A DNA stretch of 64,000 nt. It comes from an uncultured Candidatus Saccharibacteria bacterium. GTDB taxonomy: Bacteria > Patescibacteriota > Dojkabacteria > SC72. The notes below the pieces were generated by a model that was not told where the DNA came from, ran no database searches, and saw nothing but the letters and a program-made list of their open reading frames with translations. Positions 1-10,639 of the stretch are shown one piece after another. The DNA lies in NCBI GenBank assembly GCA_964514595.1, contig CAZEQZ010000001.1, positions 267,847 through 331,846 of the forward strand. The letters run 5' to 3'. The position numbers and the translations under genes were made by a program. Position 1 is the stretch's first letter; each line of letters opens with the position of its first letter.

Positions 1-4
1 CGAC

Positions 5-1588
5 GTGGAGCGAATAGTTGGAAAGATTGGACTAAGCAGAGCAAATGCAAGAGATATACAAGCTTTGGGAGTATCTTTGAAATATGTAATTGAAATATTA
101 CAAATTCTATCCAAAGAGTTGGGTATAAAGTATAAAGATGTAGATAAAGAGTTAATAAAGAAAGTAGTACAGAAGATAGAAAGAACCTTATCGGAAGATC
201 CCCCCCTATCAATAACGGAAGGTGGAATTATTAAGCAAGGATACAGTAAAGAGGTAGATGAACTAAGATCTCTGTCAGGTGATAGTAAATCATGGATAAA
301 GGAGTTTGAACAGGAGGAGAAAAAGAAAACGAAAATTCCTTCCCTTAAGGTTAGTTTCAATAGAGTCTTTGGATACTACATAGAAGTAACAAAAACGCAT
401 CAAGATAAGGTTCCAGAAAGGTATATAAGGAAGCAAACATTGGTTAATTCCGAAAGGTATATAACGGAAGAATTAAAAGAAAGAGAAAGTATAATCCTTA
501 ATTCCCAAGAAAAGCTATGTTCCCTTGAGTATCAGTTATTTTCTGATTTCAGAGATTCATTCGTCCCGAATTTAGAAAAACTCCAAATTATATCCTCTAT
601 CATCGCGAGAATAGATGTGTTGTGTGGATTTGCATATTTGGCAAACTATTCCAACTATGTTAGGCCTCATATATATGAGATGGGGGAGAAAGATGGGATT
701 ATTAAAATTGAAAACGGAAGGCATCCAATAGTTGAAACGGTGTCGGAGGAAGAGTTTATATCAAACGATACCTATCTTGATATGAAAGACTCTAGTATGG
801 CGATACTTACTGGTCCTAATATGTCAGGTAAATCTACATACATAAGGCAGGTAGCCACTTTGGTACTGATGTCCCAAATAGGATCTTTTATCCCAGCTAA
901 GAAAGCAGAAATTTCTATGGTGGATAGAATATTTACACGAGTTGGTGCATCTGATGATTTAAGTAGAGGAAGAAGTACATTTATGGTAGAAATGGATGAG
1001 GCTGCTAATATTGTTAATAATGCAACGAAATTTAGTCTGATAGTTTTGGATGAGGTTGGAAGAGGTACAAGTACATATGATGGTGTAAGTATAGCTTGGG
1101 CTTTATCAGAGTATTTAATAAAAGAAGTAAAGGCAAGGACTCTTTTTGCTACCCACTATCATGAATTACTGAAACTGTCAGAAAAATATCCTGAAAAGGT
1201 CAAGAATTATAATGTTTTAGTTGAAGAAGATTTAGAGGAAGGTACCGTTATATTTCTTAGAAAGATAGTAGAAGGAGGAACAGATAGAAGTTACGGTATA
1301 TACGTTGCTAAAATGGCAGGCCTACCCCAGAAGGTTATAAAAAGAGCGAATGAGATTTTAGAGAGCTTTGAGCAGAAGAATATGTTTTCTAAAGGAGATG
1401 AGTTAAGAGAATCTGTTATATCCGATATCAAAGAGGAAGGAAAGAGAAAGGGTATCAATGGCTATCAGTATCCCCTATTTACAGCGAAAGAGTCTGAGAT
1501 AGAGAGGGAGATACAGAAAATGGATATAGATAATATTACTCCGATAGAGGCATTGAATAAAATAATGGAATGGAAAAAGAAAATATAG
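5..1588 (+). CDS. mutS: DNA mismatch repair protein MutS, C-terminal part (5' end lies outside the window)
   Basis: Walker A TGPNMSGKSTYIRQ, then LVLDEVGRGTSTYDG and FATHYHEL, matching MutS domain V. The frame is open to the window edge. Confidence 0.9.
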   Translation: MERIVGKIGLSRANARDIQALGVSLKYVIEILQILSKELGIKYKDVDKELIKKVVQKIERTLSEDPPLSITEGGIIKQGYSKEVDELRSLSGDSKSWIKEFEQEEKKKTKIPSLKVSFNRVFGYYIEVTKTHQDKVPERYIRKQTLVNSERYITEELKERESIILNSQEKLCSLEYQLFSDFRDSFVPNLEKLQIISSIIARIDVLCGFAYLANYSNYVRPHIYEMGEKDGIIKIENGRHPIVETVSEEEFISNDTYLDMKDSSMAILTGPNMSGKSTYIRQVATLVLMSQIGSFIPAKKAEISMVDRIFTRVGASDDLSRGRSTFMVEMDEAANIVNNATKFSLIVLDEVGRGTSTYDGVSIAWALSEYLIKEVKARTLFATHYHELLKLSEKYPEKVKNYNVLVEEDLEEGTVIFLRKIVEGGTDRSYGIYVAKMAGLPQKVIKRANEILESFEQKNMFSKGDELRESVISDIKEEGKRKGINGYQYPLFTAKESEIEREIQKMDIDNITPIEALNKIMEWKKKI

Positions 1589-2263
1589 CTAAAGCTTAAT
1601 ATAGTATCCCTCCCTATATCTATTTCCAATTATCTCCATGTTTGTGCACATCCGAAATTTATTCCTTAATCTATGCAGTACAACCCTTAGACTTCCAATA
1701 CTCACATCTCTATTTTCTTCCTGAAAGAGTAATTCTTGTATCTTAGTTATACTTATTGGATCGTCATAAGTCAGTAATATCTTCATAAGGAGACTTTCTG
1801 TTGTAGTTAGAAATATTTTACAATCTTTGTAATAGAGAAAATGAGAATCTGTATATAGAACCATTCCATGATATTTAACAATACTTCTGCTTTTATATGG
1901 AGATCTTTTGAGATGTTTAAAAAGGATAGCGTCTATGAATTCTATCTTCACAGGTTCTTCTAAGATATAGTCGACGCCAAAATCAAAAAGTTGTTTAATA
2001 TTAGCTCTTTCTAAGGAGTTTGTTATTAGGATTATAGGTACTCCAAGTTTAAATCGAATTCTTCTTATATCTTTCTGTTCTATTATTCTACTCTCTTGTA
2101 TAAATATTATTTTAGGATTATCAATACTGCCAATCTCCTCTGCCTTACTAATTGGACAGTATGTATAATCAGGATATTTATCTAATATAGTTCGAAAGAG
2201 TTTTCTTAGAAGAAAATCTTTAGATATTAATATCACAATCCCAGTAATTGGTTTGTATAACAT
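1589..2263 (-). CDS. Atypical OmpR-family response-regulator-like protein (degenerate receiver plus winged-helix DNA-binding domain)
   Basis: C-terminal RVVLHRLRNKF...GYYI resembles the OmpR/PhoB trans_reg_C domain. The N-terminal part has a receiver-like fold pattern, but the acidic pocket and phospho-acceptor Asp look absent (IIFIQESR where LVLLDxxLP is expected). No kinase is adjacent. Confidence 0.5.
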   Translation of the reverse strand: MLYKPITGIVILISKDFLLRKLFRTILDKYPDYTYCPISKAEEIGSIDNPKIIFIQESRIIEQKDIRRIRFKLGVPIILITNSLERANIKQLFDFGVDYILEEPVKIEFIDAILFKHLKRSPYKSRSIVKYHGMVLYTDSHFLYYKDCKIFLTTTESLLMKILLTYDDPISITKIQELLFQEENRDVSIGSLRVVLHRLRNKFRMCTNMEIIGNRYREGYYIKL

Positions 2264-2297
2264 ATTAATATGATAGTTAGGAATTTTTACCTTTTTA

Positions 2298-3590
2298 TTA
2301 CAAAACTTTCTCCGGAACCTCTTCTAAACTGATGCTAATTTGTTCAGAATTAAACATGTTTTTTAATATGACTTTCCCAGATTCGACCTCTTCTTGTCCT
2401 ACTATAACTACCCAAGGTATAGATCTCTTACTTGCCGATGCCAATTGTTTTGAAAGTTTGCTAGGAGTTAATTGAGTTACTGTGTTGACACCTTTTTCTC
2501 TAAGGTAGTTTGCCACCTTCATTGATTGTTCATAAAGGGAGTCATCCATTAATGTAACAAACAGAAGAGCTTCACTCTTTAAATTAGGAAGAAGATTATA
2601 TGTTTTAAGGTAGTCAAATGTTGTCACATCGCCCCACCCTAGTCCAAATGCAGGTATGCTTTTCTCATCGAAAATCTCCAAAAGGTTGTCATATCTTCCT
2701 CCCCCAAATAGTGCTCGAGGGTTCTCCTTACTTCCTACATCAAACATCTCTATAACTGTCCCTGTATAGTATTGCAAACCTCTCACAATGTATGGACTGA
2801 ATTTAATATTTTGAATATTTAAATTTTTAGCTTTCTCAAACAACTCTACTAATTCTTTTGCTCCTCTAGATCTTTCTTTTAATTCTTCCAAATCCGCTAT
2901 GCTCCAGTTAAGGTAGTTTAGGAGTTTCTCTGTTTGTTCTGTGCTCAAACCTAACTCCTTAACATACTCTTCAAAATCCTTGCTTTCTAATTTAAGATAG
3001 TTGTCTATAGCTTTAGAGAGTAATGGCTTCTGTTGATCACTTATTTTAAGGATTTCTTCGAATAAGTAGTCTAACAGATATCTGTTATTAATCTTTAGTT
3101 CAAAAGTATCTTTTGGAGCTTTAAATTCCTTCATTACTTCCATGACATACTGTATTATCTCTATCTCGGCTTCTATTGTTGGGACACCTAGAATATCTAT
3201 GTTCAATTGAAAGAACTCGCGTGTTCTTCCTTTTTGTGGCTTCTCATATCTGTAGTATCTTCCTATATTGAACCATCGCACTGGTAGTGCTAGAACATTT
3301 CTCTTTTGTGCAACTAGCCTAGCTAAAGATGGGGTCATCTCAGGTCTTAGAGCTATTTCTCTCCCCCCTTTGTCTGTGAAGCTATATAGTTGTGTATTTG
3401 CTATCTCATCTCCTGATTTCACTCTATACATATTTGCGTCTTCAATTAAGGGAGTATCATACTCCTCATATCCAAACCTTTTTGCCACCCTACTCCATAT
3501 GTCAAATATGTAATTTCGGGATAGCATATCTTCCGGATACATATCTTTTGTACCTTTGTAAGGTAGTTTTGACAAGTTTGTGCTATTCAT
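2298..3590 (-). CDS. hisS: Histidyl-tRNA synthetase
   Basis: Class II aaRS motifs (FRYEKPQKGRTREFFQ, GGGRYDNL) and a C-terminal anticodon-binding domain. Length 430 aa. Confidence 0.9.
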   Translation of the reverse strand: MNSTNLSKLPYKGTKDMYPEDMLSRNYIFDIWSRVAKRFGYEEYDTPLIEDANMYRVKSGDEIANTQLYSFTDKGGREIALRPEMTPSLARLVAQKRNVLALPVRWFNIGRYYRYEKPQKGRTREFFQLNIDILGVPTIEAEIEIIQYVMEVMKEFKAPKDTFELKINNRYLLDYLFEEILKISDQQKPLLSKAIDNYLKLESKDFEEYVKELGLSTEQTEKLLNYLNWSIADLEELKERSRGAKELVELFEKAKNLNIQNIKFSPYIVRGLQYYTGTVIEMFDVGSKENPRALFGGGRYDNLLEIFDEKSIPAFGLGWGDVTTFDYLKTYNLLPNLKSEALLFVTLMDDSLYEQSMKVANYLREKGVNTVTQLTPSKLSKQLASASKRSIPWVVIVGQEEVESGKVILKNMFNSEQISISLEEVPEKVL

Positions 3591-3677
3591 AATTCATTAT
3601 ATCATAGCGTAAAAGGTAAAATTTAACCAAAAGCCAAGTTGTTGAATAAAAGAGGTAAATAATATATATTTTATGGT

Positions 3678-6674
3678 ATGAAATATAGTCTGGGTATTAG
3701 TAACTCTAGAAAAAGAAGAGGCAAAAGTGTTTCCAAGGGCAGAGGGCTTACAAAAGCCTTTACTCCAAGTAATTTGGATAAATATAAGAACTTTAGGAAA
3801 TACAGCTCGAAGAATACCTCTAAATCTAAGTCTTTCTTTACTAAACTTGGAAACAAGAAGTTAGATATTACTAAGAAACTCAAAAGGAAGAAGATTTTCT
3901 ATGTGGTTGTTGGAATTGGTTTCTTTGTTTTCTGTGTTGTACTAATAGGGGTTGGAATATACCTAAAGAATTTGCAAAATTCCCTACCCTCACCAGATCA
4001 ATTAGTTGAAAGAGCTTCCGATCAAAGTACTCAGATACTTGATAGAGAGGGAGAGCTTCTGTATACGGTCTACGGAGATAAAAATAGAAAGTTTGTATCA
4101 ATAGATAAAATACCAGAGCACACCAGATGGGCAGTATTGGCTGCAGAGGATATAGAATTCTATCAACATAAAGGGGTTGATTATTTCAGTATAGCAAAGG
4201 CATTTACACAGAACTTAAGGTCAGGGGGAGTTGTAAGAGGAGGAAGTACTATTACTCAACAGCTTGTAAAGACAACCATTCTTTATGATGTTTTGGGAGA
4301 GGAGGCATACGCTCAAACATATGCAAGGAAAATAAAAGAGGTATTAATCACTATGCAAGTGGAGCAAACTTTTACTAAGGATGAGATATTACAGATGTAT
4401 ATGAATGAGGTTCCTTTGGGTGGTGTTAATTACGGTTTCCAAGCAGCAGCAAATGCGTACTTTGGTAAAGATGTTGAGGACTTGACATTGGCTGAAAGTG
4501 CACTAATTGCAGGATTGATACAAAGTCCTGGTATTTATTCTCCTCTGTATGGTTCTAATCCTGATATGGCAAAGGAGAGGCAGACATATGTTTTAGATCA
4601 GATGTTGAAGAATAAAAGGCTAACGGGTGTTGATGAGGAAGATATAGAGCAAGCAAGGGAGGAAGAGTTGGTGTATAGTACTAGGAGAATAGATATTAAA
4701 GCTCCTCATTTTGTTTTCTATGTTAAGCAGCTCTTAGAGCAAGAGTTTGGTATAGATCGTGTAGAGCGAGGAGGATTAAAAGTTACAACGACATTAGATT
4801 CATCTTTGCAACAAATAGCTGAGGAAGAAGTTATAAAAGCTGTAGAGAATGCGAGAAGATACAATGTAAATAATGGTGCTATGGTTGTTCTTAATCCAAA
4901 GAATGGACAAGTTCTAGCTATGGTTGGCTCTATAGATTATTTTAATGTAGAGGATCCACGAGTTGATGGTAATGTTAATATCGCTGTAAGCGAAAGACAG
5001 ATGGGGTCTTCGATTAAACCATTTGTATATTTAAGTGCAATAGGTCAAGGATATGGTCCATGGTTACTAACTCCGGATATATCTGAGATACAGTTTGGTA
5101 ATTATAAACCCACTAACTGGGATAAGCAGTATTATGGATTAATGACTGCGAGAAAAGCACTAGTTCTTTCTAGGAATGTTCCTTCCGTATATACATTACA
5201 ATTGGCTGGTATTGATAATTTTTTACAAACGATAGAGAAGACTGGAATAACGAGTATAGCTAATAAGGCTGATTATGGATTGAGTTTGGGATTAGGTTCT
5301 GGAGAAATGAAGCTTTTAGAATTTACTAATGCATATGCTATATTGGCTAATAGCGGTGTTAGAAATGACATAACTCCTATTCTCAAGGTGGAGGATTCAA
5401 AGGGAGAAATTCTTTTGGAAGCAGAGGAGGATTCTGGAAAGAGAGTTTTTGATGAAAAGGAGGCATATTTAGTTAATTGGATGATATGTGATTTGGCAGG
5501 ATTTAATGATAGGTATGGTAATCAGTATTACTATATAGGTAATAGTAAGTTATGTGGGAAAACTGGTACAACAGATGGTCCTAGGGATTTATTAGCGTTC
5601 TTATACAATCAAAATCTAGTTGTAGGAGCCTGGACAGGAAATAATAACAATGAGGATATGCCTGGTGGCTGGTCTTCTACGGTACCTTTACCTATGGCAA
5701 ATTCATTCTTTAGGAGAGTATTAGAGAATTATCCATCGGGGACATACAATAGACCAGCAGGTATTATGACTACATCTGTGTGTACTGATACAGGAGCCTC
5801 CCCAGAGAATGAGGGGGTAGATTGTCCTAAGGAATCATCTTTGTATATATCAGGAAGGCCTCCTCAGGTGGATAGGAGAAAGGTAGTAGAGGTTTGTGCA
5901 GCTAACGGTTTAATTCCAACTAATTTGGATGCGGCAAGGAAATACGGTTTAACAGTGGAGAAGTTAGTTATGACGAATACTTTGGAAAATACCTTGCAAC
6001 AGGAACCGTATCAGAGATATCTCTCCTCGGTAGAGGGTTCAAGATATCTTTTTGGTGATCCCGCTACTGCTAATTGTCCTTTGCCTCTTGGGCCAGATAA
6101 TGCTCCTATTGTAGAAATATCCTCCCCTACAGAGGGTCAGAGTGTACAAAAGGGAAAGAGTATAGAGATTTCTGGTCAAGTTAGGTATTTAGAGAGTATT
6201 ACGGAGTTTAAAGTTAAGTTCAATGGGGCCGATATTTCTGGAGCTTCATTAAAGGCAGATGGTACCTATGTTGTGAATTACACTATTCCTAACTCTGCAA
6301 CAGCGGGCAATAATGTTATATCAGTTGTGGCTAGGGATAATTATGGGAAAACAGATACCAAGAGTGTTAATGTGAAGGTGGAGTCCTCTGTTTCTGTCTC
6401 TGTTATCTCCCCCGCTAATGGAGTTACTGTCTCTTTTCCTGTAACACTTGTGGCTACAGTCTCAGGCGGAACTGTTGATGAAGTGACATTTACATTATCA
6501 AAAGTAGGTGGTGGATATAGTAAGTCTTTAATAGACAATAATAGTTCTGGAGGTTGGTCTCAAATATGGACAAAAGAAGCGTCTGTAACAAGTGGACAGT
6601 ATGAAATAAGAGTTTCGGCTAAATCCGGAAGTTCTACAATTACTGGTAATACAATTACTGTAACAGTACCTTAA
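3678..6674 (+). CDS. Bifunctional penicillin-binding protein 1A (GT51 transglycosylase plus transpeptidase) with a basic N-terminal tail and C-terminal Ig-like extension
   Basis: GT51 motifs (AAEDIEFYQHKGVD, RGGSTITQQLVK), transpeptidase SxxK (GSSIKP) and KTGT. A single N-terminal TM follows about 70 Lys/Arg/Ser-rich residues. About 250 aa of beta-sandwich-like sequence extends beyond the transpeptidase domain. Confidence 0.85.
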   Translation: MKYSLGISNSRKRRGKSVSKGRGLTKAFTPSNLDKYKNFRKYSSKNTSKSKSFFTKLGNKKLDITKKLKRKKIFYVVVGIGFFVFCVVLIGVGIYLKNLQNSLPSPDQLVERASDQSTQILDREGELLYTVYGDKNRKFVSIDKIPEHTRWAVLAAEDIEFYQHKGVDYFSIAKAFTQNLRSGGVVRGGSTITQQLVKTTILYDVLGEEAYAQTYARKIKEVLITMQVEQTFTKDEILQMYMNEVPLGGVNYGFQAAANAYFGKDVEDLTLAESALIAGLIQSPGIYSPLYGSNPDMAKERQTYVLDQMLKNKRLTGVDEEDIEQAREEELVYSTRRIDIKAPHFVFYVKQLLEQEFGIDRVERGGLKVTTTLDSSLQQIAEEEVIKAVENARRYNVNNGAMVVLNPKNGQVLAMVGSIDYFNVEDPRVDGNVNIAVSERQMGSSIKPFVYLSAIGQGYGPWLLTPDISEIQFGNYKPTNWDKQYYGLMTARKALVLSRNVPSVYTLQLAGIDNFLQTIEKTGITSIANKADYGLSLGLGSGEMKLLEFTNAYAILANSGVRNDITPILKVEDSKGEILLEAEEDSGKRVFDEKEAYLVNWMICDLAGFNDRYGNQYYYIGNSKLCGKTGTTDGPRDLLAFLYNQNLVVGAWTGNNNNEDMPGGWSSTVPLPMANSFFRRVLENYPSGTYNRPAGIMTTSVCTDTGASPENEGVDCPKESSLYISGRPPQVDRRKVVEVCAANGLIPTNLDAARKYGLTVEKLVMTNTLENTLQQEPYQRYLSSVEGSRYLFGDPATANCPLPLGPDNAPIVEISSPTEGQSVQKGKSIEISGQVRYLESITEFKVKFNGADISGASLKADGTYVVNYTIPNSATAGNNVISVVARDNYGKTDTKSVNVKVESSVSVSVISPANGVTVSFPVTLVATVSGGTVDEVTFTLSKVGGGYSKSLIDNNSSGGWSQIWTKEASVTSGQYEIRVSAKSGSSTITGNTITVTVP

Positions 6675-9157
6675 ACCAACTCTGCGTTATACTTTTCTTT
6701 TATCTTCTTAGTTATCTTCTCTACTATCTGTTTGATATCCTTGTCACTCAAAGTTCTTGTATGATTACTAGCAGTTATTCGGAAAGTTATTCTTTTTTTA
6801 TCCGATTCCTCATCTTTCTGATAGATAGAAATACACTCTACTCTACCCCATAAATCATTACTATTAATAATCTTTTCTATTTCACTATGAATATCAGAAT
6901 ATCTATTCTCTATACTCATCTCAAAACATAAATCTTGTGTGAACGAAGGATATATTGGTTGTTCCTTGTATTTTCTAATATCTCCTACGACTTTTACAAG
7001 TTCCTCTAAATTTATTTCTAATCCAGCAGTATATTTAGGAAGTTTAAAATTATCCTTAACTTCGTTAGATATCTCTCCCATAATACCGATTATATTTCCT
7101 CCAATAGACAGTATTGCTGAGCTATTAGGTTCAAACATACTTAATAGATTTTTAATAAAAGGAGGAAGATCTATTTCAGGGCTTTTTGCAACTAAATCAT
7201 ATTGAATATTTAATATGTCTAATGAACGTGTTATTTTTTCTATATACTCTTTTATAACATAGTATGGACTACCTGTATTTTGTTTATTGTCTGAATCTGT
7301 GGTGAGCATAGAAAGATACCAATGCTCAATAGGAAGTTTGTCCTTTTGGATGTAGCTATTAATATGAGCAATATTAAACTCGTAGAGGGCAAATCTATTA
7401 ATACCTCTATCCCTGTTCTCTTTGCCTTTTTGCAAAAGGGTTTGCAAAATACTAGTTCTCATTAAAGAAAGCTCAGGAGAAAGTGGGTTACGTATTCTAT
7501 ATGCTAAATTACTATCTAGTTTACATCTCTCAAAAGAAGATAAGTCAGTGAATCCATATGTGAGAGTTTCGTTAGCTCCTGAATTAGAAAGAATATTTCG
7601 TACTTCCTTTTTAATAGATATCACGGAATTCTTTTTAGGTGGTTTAATATCTTTTTTAGGAAGAGTAATTGGGATATTATTAAATCCATATATTCTTCCA
7701 ATGTCTTCATATACATCTTCCTCTATTTCAATATCTCTTCTCCAAGAAGGAAGTGTGAGATATAGTGATTCATCCTCTAATACTTCATATTCTAAATTCT
7801 CCAATGTGATTTTAATTGTATTTGAATCTAGATTAGTTCCTAAAACCGTATTTAGTTTCTCAACAGAAAGCTTTATAGTTCTCTTCTCCTCACCTTGGAT
7901 CAGAATATCTATGATATTGGATGCAACCTGGGAATTAGTGATATCTTTTATCATCTCAACTGCCTTTACCAACCCCGCAATACACTGATGTGTATCTAAA
8001 TTATGTTTAAATCTGGTAGCTGCTTCTGTGAAGAGACCTAGCTTCATACTGCTTCTTCTGATACTGCTCTTATCAAAGTTGGCAGATTCTAAAATAACTC
8101 TTTTGGTATTCTCATCTACCTCTGTGTCTTTCCCTCCTATAATTCCTGCAATTGCTATTGGGTGTGTACTATCTGCAATAACCATAATGTCTTCATCCAA
8201 TTCGTAGAGTTTGTCATCTAACGCAAGAATCTTTTCGTCATGTTTGGCCATTCGTATATTAATATACGCCTCATCTTGATAGTTGGGGTCATTTGTTACT
8301 AGTTTATCATAGTCAAATGCATGAAGAGGTTGTCCTATTAATAGGGATATGTAGTTAGTTATGTCCACAATATTGTTAATAGGTTTAATACCGCATTTCA
8401 TTAAGGATGATTTAAGCCAGACAGGTGACTCTTCTATATCAACATTATCTAAGGCAATGGCTGTATATCTTGGACATAATACTTCAGCATCATTTACAAT
8501 ATTAACTTTCAGACAGTTCTCCTCATGTTTAATATCAGTATTGGGATTAAGATACCACTCGGGACTTCTGAATTTATTTCCAGTTATTGCAGATAATTCT
8601 CGGGCTATTCCAAGAATACTGAAAAGATCTCCTCTATTTGTCAATGCTTTATTCTCAATATCTATTACGGTATCGTTTAAATCATAGTATTCACTAAACG
8701 ACATCCCAACCGTTGCTTCGTTTGGTAAGACCATAACTCTTTCATGATCAGATCCCACATTCAGTTCCTTCTGTGAACCTAACATCCCATGGGACATGAC
8801 ACCTCTGAGTTTAACAGACTTAACTATGAAAGGCTTCTCCTCTGTATATATACTGTATGGAACTGTGGATCCCACCTTAATATATGCTACCTTATCCCCA
8901 ACATTTAATAGCTTGTCTCCTGCTACAACCTGTATGTTCTCGTTCTCACCATAATCTATTTGGTATACGCCTAATTTGTCTGCATCTGGGTGATCTTCTT
9001 TTTTTGTTATCTCTGCTATAACAATATTCTCATAATCCTTACTTAGGTTGTGTGCATGATCAACCTCTCCTATATGCTCTTTTATCAATCGAACAATCTC
9101 ATCATCTTGTATGTTTAGATCGACAAATTGTTTTATTAATCCTGTTGTTATCTTCAT
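6671..9157 (-). CDS. pheT: Phenylalanyl-tRNA synthetase beta subunit
   Basis: N-terminal tRNA-binding (EMAP-like) domain, B3/4 and B5 regions, 828 aa. The start codon overlaps the pheS stop (TAATG). Confidence 0.9.
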   Translation of the reverse strand: MKITTGLIKQFVDLNIQDDEIVRLIKEHIGEVDHAHNLSKDYENIVIAEITKKEDHPDADKLGVYQIDYGENENIQVVAGDKLLNVGDKVAYIKVGSTVPYSIYTEEKPFIVKSVKLRGVMSHGMLGSQKELNVGSDHERVMVLPNEATVGMSFSEYYDLNDTVIDIENKALTNRGDLFSILGIARELSAITGNKFRSPEWYLNPNTDIKHEENCLKVNIVNDAEVLCPRYTAIALDNVDIEESPVWLKSSLMKCGIKPINNIVDITNYISLLIGQPLHAFDYDKLVTNDPNYQDEAYINIRMAKHDEKILALDDKLYELDEDIMVIADSTHPIAIAGIIGGKDTEVDENTKRVILESANFDKSSIRRSSMKLGLFTEAATRFKHNLDTHQCIAGLVKAVEMIKDITNSQVASNIIDILIQGEEKRTIKLSVEKLNTVLGTNLDSNTIKITLENLEYEVLEDESLYLTLPSWRRDIEIEEDVYEDIGRIYGFNNIPITLPKKDIKPPKKNSVISIKKEVRNILSNSGANETLTYGFTDLSSFERCKLDSNLAYRIRNPLSPELSLMRTSILQTLLQKGKENRDRGINRFALYEFNIAHINSYIQKDKLPIEHWYLSMLTTDSDNKQNTGSPYYVIKEYIEKITRSLDILNIQYDLVAKSPEIDLPPFIKNLLSMFEPNSSAILSIGGNIIGIMGEISNEVKDNFKLPKYTAGLEINLEELVKVVGDIRKYKEQPIYPSFTQDLCFEMSIENRYSDIHSEIEKIINSNDLWGRVECISIYQKDEESDKKRITFRITASNHTRTLSDKDIKQIVEKITKKIKEKYNAELV

Positions 9158-10194
9158 TAAAACTGTCGTAAGAAGTTAAGATTACTCTCTCTTAGATATC
9201 TAATATCCTCGATCCCAAGCTTTATCATTGTTAATCTATCTACACCAAATCCCCAAGCAAAACCGGTATACTCTTTAGGGTCTATATCTGCTTCTTTTAA
9301 TACATTAGGATGTATCATCCCACAGCCCATTATTTCAATCCATCCAGAGTGACCACATGTGGAACATCCACTCTTACCGCAGAACGGACAGCTTATTACA
9401 AACTCACAATCAGGTTCTGTAAATGGAAAGTATGCGGGTTGTATCCTTACTTCTAAATCAGTTTCTAAGTATCTTTCCAAAAATGTCTTTATTGTGGCTA
9501 TCATATTACCCAAAGAAACGCCTTTATCTACATATACACCCTCTATCTGATGAAATGTATGCTCATGTCCTGCGTCTGTAGCTTCGTTTCTGAAACATCT
9601 TCCAGGCAATACAACAGCTATAGGTGGTGGTCCAAACTGCTTTAATGCTCTATTTTGCATTGTAGAGGTGTGTGCAGGAAGTACTAAACCATCCTCTGTC
9701 CAGAAGGTATCGTACATATCTCTTGCAGGATGTCCTTTGGGGAAGTTAAGGGATTCAAACATATGGTAGTCATCATCTATCTGCCTACTTTCTAGGATAT
9801 CAAATCCCATACTAGAGAATATACTTAGTAATATTTCAACTTCTTTTGTTAATGGATGCTTACTCCCCTTCTCCCTTAGAAAGGCGCTTATACCGGATTC
9901 TTTGTTATTAATATCAAAAGGTGCCGTGGGGTCTATTTCCGTACTTGAGAAATATGTTTTTTCCTCCCTCTCCTTCGTAGAGAGAAGATCCTCATACACC
10001 TCCTTCAATTGATTTACTTCTTTTCCGTATTGGGACTTTTTTTCTGTGGGTATGGTGGATATTTCCTTTAGTGCTTTTGTAATTAGACCATTCTTACCGC
10101 CATATTTACTCTTAAATTCCTGATATTTAAGCTCTTTACTATCCTTGTCTAAAATTTTTGCTATTTGCTCTAGTTGTTTATCTGTGTATTTCAT
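9157..10194 (-). CDS. pheS: Phenylalanyl-tRNA synthetase alpha subunit
   Basis: Class II core FRNEATDAGHEHTFHQIEG and GFAWGFGVDRL. Length 345 aa. Confidence 0.92.
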   Translation of the reverse strand: MKYTDKQLEQIAKILDKDSKELKYQEFKSKYGGKNGLITKALKEISTIPTEKKSQYGKEVNQLKEVYEDLLSTKEREEKTYFSSTEIDPTAPFDINNKESGISAFLREKGSKHPLTKEVEILLSIFSSMGFDILESRQIDDDYHMFESLNFPKGHPARDMYDTFWTEDGLVLPAHTSTMQNRALKQFGPPPIAVVLPGRCFRNEATDAGHEHTFHQIEGVYVDKGVSLGNMIATIKTFLERYLETDLEVRIQPAYFPFTEPDCEFVISCPFCGKSGCSTCGHSGWIEIMGCGMIHPNVLKEADIDPKEYTGFAWGFGVDRLTMIKLGIEDIRYLRESNLNFLRQF

Positions 10195-10240
10195 TTATCA
10201 ATGACTTAAGTATTTTAATAGTATACAACATATATTATTA

Positions 10241-10268
10241 AACAAAAAAGGACCCATGCAGAGTCCTT
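10241..10268 (-). terminator. Weak intrinsic terminator/attenuator hairpin between rplT and pheS
   Basis: On the minus strand: AAGGAC, a 9-nt loop, GTCCTT, then TTTTTTGTT. The stem is 6 bp with 4 GC pairs. Confidence 0.35.
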
Positions 10269-10289
10269 GTTAATTCTTTAACAGGCACC

Positions 10290-10628
10290 CTACAAAGACT
10301 TTACTAAAAAGGAAAATACTTCAGGATTGTTTGATGCTAAATCTGCTAATACCATTCTATTTAGCTCAATATTTTTATCTCTAAGTTTTTTAATTAGATC
10401 TTTATACTGTATATTATTCTGTTTACAAGCAGCGTTTATCTTTGATATCCAAACTCTCCTCATCTGACTTGGTCTTCGCTGTCTATGGTTATAGGCATAC
10501 TGTCCTGCATGAAGGTATGCTTCATGAGCTACTCGGTAGAGCTTGCTCTTTGTTAACCTATATCCTTTAGTACTTTTTAGTACTTTCTTGTGTCTTTTTC
10601 TCCTTGTTATTCCACCTTTTACTCTCAT
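10290..10628 (-). CDS. rplT: 50S ribosomal protein L20
   Basis: MRVKGGITRRKRHKK...AYNHRQRRPSQMRRVWISKINAA is a canonical L20 sequence. Confidence 0.95.
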   Translation of the reverse strand: MRVKGGITRRKRHKKVLKSTKGYRLTKSKLYRVAHEAYLHAGQYAYNHRQRRPSQMRRVWISKINAACKQNNIQYKDLIKKLRDKNIELNRMVLADLASNNPEVFSFLVKSL

Positions 10629-10639
10629 TCTGTTTGTAG

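Noticed and set aside
3268-3592. Antisense ORFs nested in hisS (3268-3513, 3392-3592), and similar nested ORFs inside pheT, thrS, infC, recG, rel, tyrS, rarA, pyk, queH and others
   Set aside because: They lie entirely within strongly supported genes on the opposite strand. Their low-complexity Leu/Ser/Phe-rich translations are typical of AT-rich antisense frames, and I saw no motif or start context supporting them.
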